This document shows positions 1 to 10,329 of a stretch of 62,832 bases of DNA, piece by piece (position 1 is the stretch's first letter; each line of letters begins with the position of its first letter). The notes below the pieces were generated by a model. The model had not been told where the DNA came from. It searched no databases and worked only from the letters and a program-made list of their open reading frames with translations. Made by a program: the position numbers and the translations under genes. Where the stretch lies: the NCBI GenBank assembly GCA_007118135.1, contig SKSE01000083.1, positions 1 to 62,832 on the forward strand, given 5' to 3'. Source of the stretch: Bacteroidales bacterium. GTDB lineage: Bacteria > Bacteroidota > Bacteroidia > Bacteroidales > UBA7960.

Positions 1-1
1 A

Positions 2-433
2 TACATTGAAGGCAGCGAAGTTGAACTATCAGCTGAACCCATCGAAGGCTGGGTTTTTGAAGAATGGCTTTTGAGCACCGACGAATCTTATGATAATGAC
101 AATATTACAGTAACCATCGACCAGAATATAACTGCTATTGCTGTTTTCCGGCAAATTGAAACATCCGTTGCCAGATGGGAAGGCAGATTTCTTTTTGATG
201 TTTTCCCCAACCCGGCAGAGGGAAGATTTAATGTTGTGATGTCACCCTCCAATGGCCCGGTTCATATCAGGATATTCAATATCCAGGGAAGGTTGGTTTA
301 CCAGGACCAGGTTGTGAGCACACAATGGGATGAACAGTTTCAGGTTGATCTCAGCAATGAAAGCAAGGGAGTATATCTGGTGCAGGTAAGTGGAGACCAT
401 GGAGTCAAAACCAAAAGGGTAATTCTTAAGTAG
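2..433 (+). CDS. 3' part of a secreted protein ending in a T9SS (Por) C-terminal sorting domain; the 5' end lies outside the window
   Basis: The frame is open from base 2 (YIEGSEVELSAEPIEGWVFEEW...), so the TTG at 71 used by the ORF track is probably internal. The last ~80 aa (FDVFPNPAEGRFNVVMS...IRIFNIQGRLVYQ...GVYLVQV...KTKRVILK) fit the Bacteroidota T9SS CTD pattern. Confidence 0.8.
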   Translation, partial: YIEGSEVELSAEPIEGWVFEEWLLSTDESYDNDNITVTIDQNITAIAVFRQIETSVARWEGRFLFDVFPNPAEGRFNVVMSPSNGPVHIRIFNIQGRLVYQDQVVSTQWDEQFQVDLSNESKGVYLVQVSGDHGVKTKRVILK

Positions 434-454
434 CAAAAACATTAATACAGAACA

Positions 455-501
455 CCCGGAGATTATGCGTTTGAAAAGAAGGGATCTCCGGGTATTTTTT
501 T
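455..501 (+). terminator. Intrinsic terminator hairpin between convergent genes
   Basis: cccggagat (455-463) pairs with atctccggg (484-492) and is followed by a T-run (494-501). Confidence 0.7.
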
Positions 502-517
502 GAAAGTTTCCGGAATT

Positions 518-1567
518 TTACAATCCGTCAATAAGTCCTTCCTTGTGCAGTTCTTTTAGAACAATTTCGGTCATTTCGCTCTGGAAAGGAAACTCATAAC
601 GTACATCCAGAACATAAGCTTTCAGTCGCATTTTCAAAAATGATCCCTTGGGTACAAGCACATTTGAATACTCAACATAAATGGGTTTATTGAGATAAAC
701 ATACCTTGATACCTGGGCTGCTTCAACGGCGATCTGCCTTACCCTCCTGGTGTCGATGGTTACCGGCAGAAAAAACTCCGCTACTACCTGACAATTATTA
801 TCACTGCTGTTGGCATTGGATATGGCCTGATTCATCATTTCAGAATTGGGGATGGTAACAATACTGTCGTCGGGGGTAACCACGCGGGTTGAACGAAGTC
901 CGATCTCTATCACCTCACCGTAGTGTTTGCCCGATTCTATCTTGTCGCCAATCTGAAAGGGCTTGTCAAACAGGATCATAAGTCCTCCGAAAATATTTTT
1001 AAGCAGGTCCTGCGATGCAAATCCAATGGCCACACCTACTGATGCAAAGAAAGCAAAAATGGTTTCGGAAGGCGGTTGAAATATACCACTGATGATGATA
1101 TATACCACAAACGACCATCCCACAATTTTTATAATGGGCAAAAGTCTTCGTATGCCGGTTTTATAGGCAGGTTTACGTTCAGAAATGATTTTAAGAATTC
1201 CTGAAATGGCTTTGATGATAAAATAGCCTGCAAAAATGAAGATCAATGCCCAGAAAATTTTCCCAACAGAAATGATATTGCCAACATCGGGAGCATGCAT
1301 AATTTCGTCTCTTACACGGCTTGTGCTTTCCGATGCTTCAGATTTTTCTCCTGCAGATTCTGCAGCATCAGGCTGGTCAGCAGATGGGCTATCATTTGCA
1401 ATGATGGGCTGGTCAGTAAGGGTTTCCGTTCGATCTTCAGTTTCAGGAGCTGCCTGCCCGGGGTTTTGGGCCAGCAATTGATGATTGAAAAATACTAACA
1501 GAAAAATCAAGCAGGATATAAATGCCCATAACCGGAAAGTTTTTCTGAAATAAACAGCTGAGTTCAT
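518..1567 (-). CDS. Small-conductance mechanosensitive channel (MscS family) with a signal/TM segment and an acidic N-terminal extension
   Basis: TM helices are followed by ASQDLLKNIFGGLMILFDKPFQIGDKIE...GEVIEIGLRSTRVVTPDDSIVTIPNS, the MscS pore-helix/beta-domain signature. The N-terminal region is Asp/Glu/Ser/Pro-rich. Confidence 0.85.
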   Translation of the reverse strand: MNSAVYFRKTFRLWAFISCLIFLLVFFNHQLLAQNPGQAAPETEDRTETLTDQPIIANDSPSADQPDAAESAGEKSEASESTSRVRDEIMHAPDVGNIISVGKIFWALIFIFAGYFIIKAISGILKIISERKPAYKTGIRRLLPIIKIVGWSFVVYIIISGIFQPPSETIFAFFASVGVAIGFASQDLLKNIFGGLMILFDKPFQIGDKIESGKHYGEVIEIGLRSTRVVTPDDSIVTIPNSEMMNQAISNANSSDNNCQVVAEFFLPVTIDTRRVRQIAVEAAQVSRYVYLNKPIYVEYSNVLVPKGSFLKMRLKAYVLDVRYEFPFQSEMTEIVLKELHKEGLIDGL

Positions 1568-1617
1568 AAATATGTGTATTTTAATTTTTCAATACAATGG
1601 TAAAAATAATCCAAACA

Positions 1618-4600
1618 TCAGTGAATCATATTCTTATCCTTCAGAAGCTTTATGGTTTGGCGGTAAAGCAAAGGATGAACGGAGTAAAAGCCCTTATCTT
1701 CAATCACAATACCGCGGTCGGTAAGCCGCATCAGAAGCAGATAGGCTTGCCGGCGACTGATGCCCAGCACCTGCGATAGCTGAAATACATCAAGATTTTC
1801 ATGCAGAATAAGTGCATGAAGTCCAAAAATAACTTCTGCAGGCAGGTTATAAACAAAATGAAAATCAATTCCATCAAGTGAAAGGATATTAATGCGGTTT
1901 CCTTCGGTTTTGCCGGCGCATTTTATCCAAAGCTGCAAAGCAAAGGCAATATTCGATTGGGTATGGTTCTGAAGGTGTGTAAAGTACATTTGCTGCAGGT
2001 ATTCCTGTTGCTGGTTATCATCCTTTTTGGCAAAAGAACGATCCGTCAGATCTGATTTTGAAGGCTTGAAGAACAGATCGTAGCCACTGGCTTTGTGCCT
2101 GAGCATTATCACTTTTTTGATATCTTCCGACGCCAGGTTTCTCATGGAAATGAGAACAGGAAAATACCCGTAAAGCCCGATAGCCTTGTCGAGGTAAGAG
2201 GAAGCATACAAGCCGCATGTGCATATCCAGAAAACTTTCCTGCTGGTAGCACTGATGATCTCAAAAAATCTTTTCAGGATATTAAATCCCCCGGGTTGCC
2301 GCAGATACATCAGGTGTAGTTTATCTACAAATGCTACAAAAGGCTCGCTTTTCTCAATAAAATCAAACAATTCTGCTGATTTCACAAAGGCTTCTCCGTG
2401 AAAGCTTTGCCCAAGTAATCCCATCAAGTCTTCTTCGGTGAGGATACGACGTGCCGGCATAACAGAAAAAACAGCAGGCTTTCGCTGAACGTTATCCTTC
2501 ACAAACATGTGCACAAATGTGGTAATTCCACTACCTTTCTCGCCATAGATGAGAACAGGAGCAAATGCACCCTTCTGCCATTTCTGCCAGGCTTCAACAA
2601 GTTTTGCCTTTTCGGCATTTCGTTGAAAATAAAATGTTGATTCCTTTAAAGGTTCAATGATAAAAAGCCGCTTATATACAAAAGGAAGATTTTCATCGGT
2701 TTTAACCAGGAAATCACTGATCTCTGTTGAAATATCACCGGCAATTTTTCGGATACCCAACTGCCCTCTAAGATTTTGCACACCTGCATCAACCCTTTTT
2801 CGGGCCAGGCGATAAATACTCTTTACCTTTTGAGATGATGATGCAAGTGCTTTTCGGGAATCCACCACCAATTGTCTGCTCTTTTTTATGGCCCTGGCTT
2901 TGGCGAGCCGGTAACGGATCTCCTCTACATTGCGATTATCGGTAAGTCCTTTCATCGATGATGCAAACCTGCTTACTGCTTTGTTAATATCCTCATCCAG
3001 TTTTGTGGAAAAACTATCAAAGCTTTGAAGCATATCCCGGTATTTCCCGGTTGCTCTTTGAATTCCATCCACTGCCTCACGGAGACTTTCATCCAGTTTG
3101 GCGTCCCCCTGCTCATCGAGCATGGCAATGGCCGATTCAAAATTGAAAATGATCATCCGTCCGAGGTCTTCCAGTCTCGAATTGAGAATTTCAATTTCCT
3201 GCAATGTGTCGGCTTTGGATTTCAGAAAAACTTTTTTCAGTTCGCCACCCATTTCAAACTCAATTAATATAACCGGCGAGGTGGTCTGCAATTGTTTATA
3301 TGAATATGCCTTTGATGGATCAAAATCGGTTATGAGAACTCTTTCAGCATTCAGATTATTTAACTCCTTGAGTACACTTTGTTCCGTCTCATCAAGAAGT
3401 AGTGGAAAATCCTGTTCGAGAACCACCTTGCTGAGCTCAGGAATGACTTGAGACTGCAATGTTTTAGATGCATTGTACTTTAATTGCAGAAGTTTTTTCC
3501 TGGCTTCCCGGATGTCGTCGCTCCTGATATCTGCCTCCATCGATTGAATAAAATCGGGGATCTTTATCAGATGTTCTTTTATAGCTCCTGACCTTGACAA
3601 CAAGCGCATTCTGAACTGCAGTTTTGCCTTGAGTGAATTGCCCGTAAGAAGATAGATCTCCTGGTTAAACTTCCAGTCATCAGCCAAAGCAAAAAAGGTA
3701 TTCATGCGTTTTTGCATGACATTTGAAAGCGATTTTTTCAACTTCTTCTCAACCTTTCTCCCTTTATATTTTCTTTTCCTGAGAAACCAGAATTCTGCTG
3801 TACCGGCAATCTTAAGGCTCTCTTCAAAAAGCAGATCTGCTTCTCCAGCAGTATTTTCCAGCATTTGGGGAAGTTCTTCTATTCTGAGATGTGTTTGCCT
3901 GCGAAGTTCTGCAACACCATCCTTAATGGTTTTCTCCCACAGATCAAAAAGCTTTTGGGCATCCTCCGGTTCTTCTGCAACGTATTTTCCGAATGCATCA
4001 TAAATCTGATCATCTGATTTCCACAAATCATATACTAACAGATTTGCCACTTTAAGCACATTATCATTCAAAACATTGAAACGCGACAGAAACTCCAGCT
4101 CATAATACCACCGGGTTAATTTACGGGCAGGGATGTCCTGCTTCCAGGGTTTTGAAGACTTTCTTTCTTTTTTGAGAAGTGCACGGAAAACATTGCTGAA
4201 AGCAACAGGCAGGTTGTAAAAGAACCGTCCCAAACGTTTTATGGACTTCATAAACCGGATCATCCTCCCATCCCCTTCTGTTGCATGAAACCGTTCGGAT
4301 TCCTGCCTTGAATGCCAGTACCGGGGAGTTTCTTCAACGATCTGCGCCATTGCACTGAAAAATCCGGGAAGAATGGCATCCGGTACTATTTTGGGTCTTT
4401 CGGATATCCAGGTGTTAAGCATCCTGAGCATATTGCGCCTATACTGGATATGCTCATGTAAAATTCTGACCTTATCCTGTTTTGGCTGCAGTTGCTTCAT
4501 TCCACCCAAAAACCTTTCGGTTTCATTAACGTAATCATCGCTAAACTGCAAAACCCGGTGAAAAGGTTTTTCAAGCTCAGGGATCAATGTGTCCTGGTAA

Positions 4601-4647
4601 ATCTCAAGTATTTTTTCCTGATGTTTTTTCAGAATTTCCTTTTCCAT
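1618..4647 (-). CDS. Large (1009 aa) uncharacterised protein: ~650-aa helical N-terminal region, degenerate ORC/Arch-ATPase-like P-loop module and C-terminal winged-helix domain
   Basis: Long uninterrupted ORF. A P-loop-like LIYGEKGSGITTF lies at 2518-2544, with Ile where the Walker A Lys is expected. A Walker B-like VAFVDKL follows. The C-terminus LSQVLGISRRQAYLLLMRLTDRGIVIEDKG looks like a MarR/wHTH. Confidence 0.6.
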   Translation of the reverse strand: MEKEILKKHQEKILEIYQDTLIPELEKPFHRVLQFSDDYVNETERFLGGMKQLQPKQDKVRILHEHIQYRRNMLRMLNTWISERPKIVPDAILPGFFSAMAQIVEETPRYWHSRQESERFHATEGDGRMIRFMKSIKRLGRFFYNLPVAFSNVFRALLKKERKSSKPWKQDIPARKLTRWYYELEFLSRFNVLNDNVLKVANLLVYDLWKSDDQIYDAFGKYVAEEPEDAQKLFDLWEKTIKDGVAELRRQTHLRIEELPQMLENTAGEADLLFEESLKIAGTAEFWFLRKRKYKGRKVEKKLKKSLSNVMQKRMNTFFALADDWKFNQEIYLLTGNSLKAKLQFRMRLLSRSGAIKEHLIKIPDFIQSMEADIRSDDIREARKKLLQLKYNASKTLQSQVIPELSKVVLEQDFPLLLDETEQSVLKELNNLNAERVLITDFDPSKAYSYKQLQTTSPVILIEFEMGGELKKVFLKSKADTLQEIEILNSRLEDLGRMIIFNFESAIAMLDEQGDAKLDESLREAVDGIQRATGKYRDMLQSFDSFSTKLDEDINKAVSRFASSMKGLTDNRNVEEIRYRLAKARAIKKSRQLVVDSRKALASSSQKVKSIYRLARKRVDAGVQNLRGQLGIRKIAGDISTEISDFLVKTDENLPFVYKRLFIIEPLKESTFYFQRNAEKAKLVEAWQKWQKGAFAPVLIYGEKGSGITTFVHMFVKDNVQRKPAVFSVMPARRILTEEDLMGLLGQSFHGEAFVKSAELFDFIEKSEPFVAFVDKLHLMYLRQPGGFNILKRFFEIISATSRKVFWICTCGLYASSYLDKAIGLYGYFPVLISMRNLASEDIKKVIMLRHKASGYDLFFKPSKSDLTDRSFAKKDDNQQQEYLQQMYFTHLQNHTQSNIAFALQLWIKCAGKTEGNRINILSLDGIDFHFVYNLPAEVIFGLHALILHENLDVFQLSQVLGISRRQAYLLLMRLTDRGIVIEDKGFYSVHPLLYRQTIKLLKDKNMIH

Positions 4648-4867
4648 GGTAATAGTTTTCCTTAGAAATAATTTTGAAGAAATGCTGCATGCTTACTATT
4701 AAGGTTTTTCACATAACAAATCTCATCAAATCCTTTCATTCTGCCCCGAAGGATGTTTAAAGTTAAAATATTTTTTGTCTAAATAAGGAAAACAACAGCA
4801 TTTATTAGTAAAATTGCAACTTTTATATCCCAATGTATTTGTATCATATTTTCTAAAACCAAAAAAG

Positions 4868-6982
4868 ATGAAACGCATAACATACTACGTTTACAGCGCG
4901 ATAGTTGCCGGTTTGATCATCTTTGCCTGCAGCGGGCCACAACAAAAACCACAACCCCCTGTAGCCGAGAAAATTGAAAAACAACTGTTCATGCACGGCG
5001 ATACCCGTATTGATTTTTATTACTGGATGCGTGACCGTGAAAACCCGGCTGTTATCGATTACCTGAATGCCGAGAATGAATATCTGAGAGTGGTAATGTC
5101 GCACACCGAAGCACTTCAGCAAAAACTTTATGATGAGATGCTGGGAAGAATCAAGCAGGATGAAAGCTCTGCCCCGTGGTTTCACAACGGATATTACTAT
5201 TATGTCCGTTACGAAGAAGGTGGCGAATATCCGATTTATTGTCGAAGAAAAGGAAACATGGATGCTCCTGAAGAAATTCTTTTGAATGTGCCTGTAATGG
5301 CTGAAGGGTTTAACTACTATAGGGTTGGAAATTACGATATTAGTCCGGACAACCGGCAGATTGCTTTTACTGTTGATACTATTGGTCGCAGGCAACATAC
5401 TATTTTTATCAAAAATCTTGAAACATCAGAAACACGACCTACCCATGCAGAATTTGCCGCAGGTGATGTGGTTTGGGCTGCCGACAACCAAACCATTTTC
5501 TATACTGTGCTTGACCCAATTACTCTGCGTTATGAGCGTGTTTTAAGATATAATACACAGGGTTCAAAAGCCGCTGAAGAAGTATATTACGAAAAGGATG
5601 ATACTTATTACTATATGGGCGTTTCCAAAACCAAAGACGGAGAATATATGACCATTAGCATGAGCAGTTCGGCCAGCAATGAAACGCTGATCCTTGAATC
5701 AGATAATCCTTACGGCAGTTTCAGGGTGTTTGAACCACGGCAGAAGGACAGGCTTTTTGTTGTTGAACATTACAAGGGAAAGTTTTATGTAATCACCAAC
5801 AAAGATGCCCAGAACTTCAGGCTTATGGAAACCCCGGCCAACAGAACCGGCTCGCGCAACTGGCGCGAGGTGATCCCCCACCGTGAGGATGTTCTGCTTG
5901 AGGGAATGTCGGTTTTCAGCAACCACCTGGTTTTGCAGGAACGAAAAAATGGTTTGAGAGAAATGCGGATAATTCGTCAAAATGACGGTAATGAACATTA
6001 CATCAGCTTTGACGAAGAAGCATATACTGCAGGTATCCACATCAATGAAGAAATGGATACTGAAATTTTCCGCTTCAGCTATACTTCACTCACAACACCC
6101 GCTACAATTTACGATTACAATATGAACACCCGCGAGCAAACGCAAATATGGCAACAAACTGTGCTGGGCGATTTTAATCCTGACAACTATGAAACACGCC
6201 GCCTGTATGCTCCTGCGCGCGATGGAAAGCAGATTCCGGTTACCATAGTTTACCACCGTGACATTGATCCCACAGGCAATAATCCGTTGCTCCAGTATGG
6301 TTACGGATCCTATGGTTTCAGTGTTGATCCGAGGTTTAACTCCAACGCCATCAGCCTTATCGACAGAGGTTTCATTTATGCCATGGCACATATAAGAGGG
6401 GGTCAGGACCTGGGCAGGCAATGGTATGATGATGGAAAACTTCTCAATAAGAGAAATACTTTTTATGACTTTATAGATGTATCAGAATTTCTGATTGCCA
6501 ATAATTACACATCGCCCGAAAAACTTTTTGCATCGGGAGGAAGTGCCGGCGGATTGCTAATGGGTGCTGTAATAAACATGCGACCGGAGCTTTATAAGGG
6601 AATCATTGCCGGTGTGCCTTTTGTGGATGTGGTTACAACCATGCTCGATGAAACCATTCCACTTACCACTGCTGAGTATGATGAATGGGGAAATCCCAAT
6701 ATCAAAGAGTACTATGACTACATGCTCTCATATTCACCCTACGACCAGATAACACGGCAGGATTATCCCAATTTGCTTATCACATCAGGTTTGCACGACT
6801 CGCAGGTGCAATTCTGGGAACCTACCAAATGGACAGCCAAGCTAAGAGAATACAATACAGCCGATACCAAAATTCTTCTCACCACCAACATGAAGGCCGG
6901 TCATGGCGGTGCATCGGGCCGGTTGAGAAGATTGCAGGAAATTTCATTACAATATGCCTTCCTTCTTGATCTGGTTGAATAG
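4868..6982 (+). CDS. ptrB: Oligopeptidase B (protease II, S9A prolyl oligopeptidase family), lipoprotein-type N-terminus
   Basis: The C-terminal catalytic domain is nearly collinear with E. coli PtrB as I remember it: YGYGSYG, DRGF..IRGG..LG..WY.DGKLLNKRNTF.DFI, GGSAGGLLMGAV (catalytic Ser), VPFVDVVTTMLDE.IPLTT.EY.EWGNP, GLHDSQVQ.WEP.KW.AKLRE, GHGG.SGR. The start is moved to MKRITYY at 4868, which carries the signal peptide. Confidence 0.9.
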   Translation: MKRITYYVYSAIVAGLIIFACSGPQQKPQPPVAEKIEKQLFMHGDTRIDFYYWMRDRENPAVIDYLNAENEYLRVVMSHTEALQQKLYDEMLGRIKQDESSAPWFHNGYYYYVRYEEGGEYPIYCRRKGNMDAPEEILLNVPVMAEGFNYYRVGNYDISPDNRQIAFTVDTIGRRQHTIFIKNLETSETRPTHAEFAAGDVVWAADNQTIFYTVLDPITLRYERVLRYNTQGSKAAEEVYYEKDDTYYYMGVSKTKDGEYMTISMSSSASNETLILESDNPYGSFRVFEPRQKDRLFVVEHYKGKFYVITNKDAQNFRLMETPANRTGSRNWREVIPHREDVLLEGMSVFSNHLVLQERKNGLREMRIIRQNDGNEHYISFDEEAYTAGIHINEEMDTEIFRFSYTSLTTPATIYDYNMNTREQTQIWQQTVLGDFNPDNYETRRLYAPARDGKQIPVTIVYHRDIDPTGNNPLLQYGYGSYGFSVDPRFNSNAISLIDRGFIYAMAHIRGGQDLGRQWYDDGKLLNKRNTFYDFIDVSEFLIANNYTSPEKLFASGGSAGGLLMGAVINMRPELYKGIIAGVPFVDVVTTMLDETIPLTTAEYDEWGNPNIKEYYDYMLSYSPYDQITRQDYPNLLITSGLHDSQVQFWEPTKWTAKLREYNTADTKILLTTNMKAGHGGASGRLRRLQEISLQYAFLLDLVE

Positions 6983-7017
6983 ACTAACCTATATTTTTTC
7001 AACAAAATACTTTTCCG

Positions 7018-7049
7018 GGAGCAGGGCAAAAACCCTGCTCCTGTCTTTT
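7018..7049 (+). terminator. Intrinsic terminator after ptrB
   Basis: ggagcaggg (7018-7026) pairs with ccctgctcc (7033-7041) and is followed by tgtctttt. Confidence 0.65.
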
Positions 7050-7150
7050 CCCGGCCATCTCCTTAAAAAACCTTAAAAAATGGATTCCGCTTGCGGCTTT
7101 TGGTTATTTTTAAGGCTTCAAAAAATCAACCTTTTAATCTCATTCTCTCT

Positions 7151-8374
7151 ATGTTACCAAAAAGAATCTTACTCCTGGGCCTACTGTTTGTGGCCCTGAT
7201 TATTTCAGCCTTTAAAAATTCTGACGAACAACTTTTAAAACAGGCCCGACAAATACACAGTGAAATCCTTACGCTTGACAGCCATACTGATACTCCTCTA
7301 ATGCTTGGAAACCGTGGGCTCGACCTTGGAGCTCGTAATGATCCCCGCCGCGGAGGTGGCAAACTCGACTTTCCGCGAATGAAAGAAGGCGGTCTCAATT
7401 CTGCTTTCTTTGCCGTTTTTCTGGGACAGGGCGAAAGCACTCCCGAAGCATGGGACATTGCACATCAAAGAGCTCTTGGCTTGTTTGAAACCATCCACAA
7501 TGCTCTTGAGCAGAACAGCGATCTTGCAAAACTTGCGCTCACCCCCGACGATGCTTACCGGCTGAAGCAAAAGGGAAAAAAGGCCATTTATATAGGGTTG
7601 GAGAATGCTTATCCCATTGGTGAAGTCTTCTCAAGGCTTGAAAAGTACTATGATCTGGGAGCCAGATATGTAACCCTTTCGCACACCCGCAACAATCATT
7701 TCAGTGATTCGTCCGACGACCCCGGAGGTTCGGAACATGATGGCCTTTCAGAAATGGGGCGCGAACTTATCAGAAAAATTAACCGTATGGGTATGATGGT
7801 TGATGTGAGCCATATTTCAGACGATGCATTTTTCGATGTGCTTGAAACCAGCACAGCACCGGTTATTGCATCACATTCCAATGCGCGCACGGTTTATGAT
7901 CATCCACGCAACATGAATGACGATATGTTGAAAGCCCTTGCCGAAAATGGTGGTGTGGTTCAACTGTGCTTCCTTTATGTTACCCAACTACCGCCTAATC
8001 CACCCAGGGATTCTGCCCGCGCAGAGTTAAGAGAGCGTTATAACAACTTCCAGAATCTTACCGATGAACAAATGGAAGAAGCCCGTGCAGAATGGTATGC
8101 CATTGACCGCGATTTTCCGTCACAGTTGCCCACTGTATCTGATATCATTGACCATCTCGATTATATTGTTGATCTTATTGGCATTGACCATGTGGGTATT
8201 GGAAGTGACTTTGATGGTGGCGGACAACTGGAAGATTGCTATGATGTATCGGAAATGCATAACCTTACGGTTGAAATGCTCAGACGTGGCTATAGCAAAG
8301 AAGAAATTGAGAAAATATGGTCGGGCAATTTCATGCGTGTATTTCGGGCAGCATATGATTTACGGGAAATTTAG
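7151..8374 (+). CDS. Membrane dipeptidase (peptidase family M19, renal-dipeptidase-like), secreted
   Basis: M19 motifs are present: DSHTDTP, HISDDAFFDVL, ASHSNAR, GIGSDFDGG. The start is placed at MLPKRILLLGLLFVAL (signal peptide). Confidence 0.85.
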   Translation: MLPKRILLLGLLFVALIISAFKNSDEQLLKQARQIHSEILTLDSHTDTPLMLGNRGLDLGARNDPRRGGGKLDFPRMKEGGLNSAFFAVFLGQGESTPEAWDIAHQRALGLFETIHNALEQNSDLAKLALTPDDAYRLKQKGKKAIYIGLENAYPIGEVFSRLEKYYDLGARYVTLSHTRNNHFSDSSDDPGGSEHDGLSEMGRELIRKINRMGMMVDVSHISDDAFFDVLETSTAPVIASHSNARTVYDHPRNMNDDMLKALAENGGVVQLCFLYVTQLPPNPPRDSARAELRERYNNFQNLTDEQMEEARAEWYAIDRDFPSQLPTVSDIIDHLDYIVDLIGIDHVGIGSDFDGGGQLEDCYDVSEMHNLTVEMLRRGYSKEEIEKIWSGNFMRVFRAAYDLREI

Positions 8375-8418
8375 TATTATTGCAAACGATAATTATTTCA
8401 AACCACAAATCAACAAAC

Positions 8419-9009
8419 ATGAAGAAACAAACTTTTATTTTAATGGCATTGGCATTCCTGCTGAGTTTTTGCGGCACGGGTCCCCGCCAGGAGCAACAAA
8501 CAGAAACCATTGATGAAACTGAGTTTTTGCTCTCCGATAATGAACAGGCATTTCTCAATAACCTGGCGAGTCTTTGCGGGCAATCCTTCCGCGGGCAGGA
8601 AACCTATATGCAGGAAGGCAGAGAAAGCTGGGCCGATAAAGACATGGTAATGCATGTAACGGTTTGCGAACCCGGACAGGTACAAATTCCTTTCCACATT
8701 GATAATGATAAATCACGCACCTGGATGTTCCTTGCAGAAAATGGCAGACTACGATTCAGGCATGACCATCGACATGAAGACGGTACTCCGGAAGATCAAA
8801 CCCTTTACGGCGGCTATTCCGATGGAACAGGTGATGCATTCAGACAACATTTTCCGGCTGATGACTATACAATTGAACTGTTGGTAGATACACTAAACCG
8901 CGAATGGAACGTAGTTCTGAATGAAGAAATGAGTAATTTCAGCTACCGCCTGCTTTATCATGGGGAGATTGTTTTCCAGGCCGATTTTGACCTTACCAGA
9001 CCTTTGTAA
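8419..9009 (+). CDS. Hypothetical lipoprotein
   Basis: MKKQTFILMALAFLLSFCG is a lipobox-like signal peptide. No family was recognised. The gene is probably co-transcribed with the M19 dipeptidase. Confidence 0.55.
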   Translation: MKKQTFILMALAFLLSFCGTGPRQEQQTETIDETEFLLSDNEQAFLNNLASLCGQSFRGQETYMQEGRESWADKDMVMHVTVCEPGQVQIPFHIDNDKSRTWMFLAENGRLRFRHDHRHEDGTPEDQTLYGGYSDGTGDAFRQHFPADDYTIELLVDTLNREWNVVLNEEMSNFSYRLLYHGEIVFQADFDLTRPL

Positions 9010-9032
9010 GACCAAAATATCTTATATGAAAG

Positions 9033-9060
9033 AAAAGGCCTCCTGAGCGGGAGGCCTTTT
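9033..9060. terminator. Bidirectional intrinsic terminator
   Basis: aaaaggcctcc / ggaggcctttt form a hairpin with an A-run upstream and a T-run downstream. It sits between convergent genes. Confidence 0.7.
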
Positions 9061-9102
9061 CTTATTATGTCAATGATCTCTTTTAAGAGATTTTTCCATG
9101 TC

Positions 9103-10329
9103 TTAACGCAACATCCCCTCTACCCTTTCAAGCTTACCATCAACTTCTGCAGGTTTTAAGCCCATGATCCTTGTGATCAAAGGATAAAGATCAACTACTT
9201 CTATGGGTGGATGCCTGTGATTAATTTTAAACGCCGGCCCCATGGCATAGAAGATGGCATGCATATCTTTTTTGGCGTTATCCCAACCATGTGCTCCACC
9301 CGTATAAAAGCTGCTCCGGGGCTTTCCCCACCCCAGGCTCCAGGTGCTATCGGCAAGTATTACCAGGTCACCAATTCGTGGGTTAGTACCATAATTGAGT
9401 CTTTCGGGTACATCTGCTTTTTTCCAGACTGATATATTCTCGACTTTACTTAAAATGGTATAGGCAGAATCCAGCATACCTGGTTTGGGATTTACATGTA
9501 ACATGGGATTTCCGCCATGACTTCTTTCGTACCAGTCGCGGGGTGTGTATGCTGAAATATCCACATATCGATCGGGGCTTACTTTGGTCATTCCATGGTC
9601 GGATGTTACGATCAGGTTAATATATCTGTAATAGTCAAGAGCTTTGAGTCCATTGATCAGAACACCCACCAGCGAATCGAGGTGTAGCACAAGTTCATCA
9701 ATTTCCGGACTGTCCGGACCGGTTCGATGCCCCTGGCTGTCGGGTTCCTGAAAGTAAAAGGTTATAAGGCGGGGTCTTGTCTCAAGCGGCAGTTGCAACC
9801 AGTGAAGCACTGTATCGATACGTTCGGTAAAAGGAACTCTGCCATCGTAACGCTTCCAGTAAGTGGGTTGTATACCCTGCACAGGTGCTTCTGATCCCAC
9901 CCAGAAAAATGAAGCTGAGGTTACACCCTGCTTCTCAGCAGTTACCCATATGGGCTCGCCCCCGTAAAAATCGCCGTTCTCAACCGCTTCACGGTCGCCC
10001 AACCGATAGGTCAGGCCCAGATCAGGACAGGTAAAGTTATTATCCACTATACCATGATTATCGGGGTACAAACCGGTTGCCATAGTATAATGGTTCGGGA
10101 AAGTTTTGGAAGGAAAAGCAGGTTTAATGTATTCGGCCTGAACACCACGGCTGGCAATATAGTCCAGATAGGGAGTTTCAACCCGGTCAGCATAATCCCA
10201 ACGAAATCCATCCATTGAAAGCATAACCACATATTGCTCAGAGGCAGGAATTATGCTGCCACGCTGCAGACTGCAGGAGACAAAATAAAAAAGCACTAAA
10301 ACCGGAAGAACCAGAAAAATTCTTTTCAT
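9103..10329 (-). CDS. Ectonucleotide pyrophosphatase/phosphodiesterase (alkaline-phosphatase superfamily, NPP type)
   Basis: MLSMDGFRWDY, TFPNHYTMATGLYPDNHGIVDN and VTSDHGM are the NPP metal-site and nucleophile motifs. An N-terminal signal peptide is present. Confidence 0.85.
   Translation of the reverse strand: MKRIFLVLPVLVLFYFVSCSLQRGSIIPASEQYVVMLSMDGFRWDYADRVETPYLDYIASRGVQAEYIKPAFPSKTFPNHYTMATGLYPDNHGIVDNNFTCPDLGLTYRLGDREAVENGDFYGGEPIWVTAEKQGVTSASFFWVGSEAPVQGIQPTYWKRYDGRVPFTERIDTVLHWLQLPLETRPRLITFYFQEPDSQGHRTGPDSPEIDELVLHLDSLVGVLINGLKALDYYRYINLIVTSDHGMTKVSPDRYVDISAYTPRDWYERSHGGNPMLHVNPKPGMLDSAYTILSKVENISVWKKADVPERLNYGTNPRIGDLVILADSTWSLGWGKPRSSFYTGGAHGWDNAKKDMHAIFYAMGPAFKINHRHPPIEVVDLYPLITRIMGLKPAEVDGKLERVEGMLR

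Noticed and set aside
4853-5398. 181-aa minus-strand ORF overlapping the 5' part of ptrB
   Set aside because: It is antisense to a gene that is collinear with E. coli PtrB, with no recognisable features.
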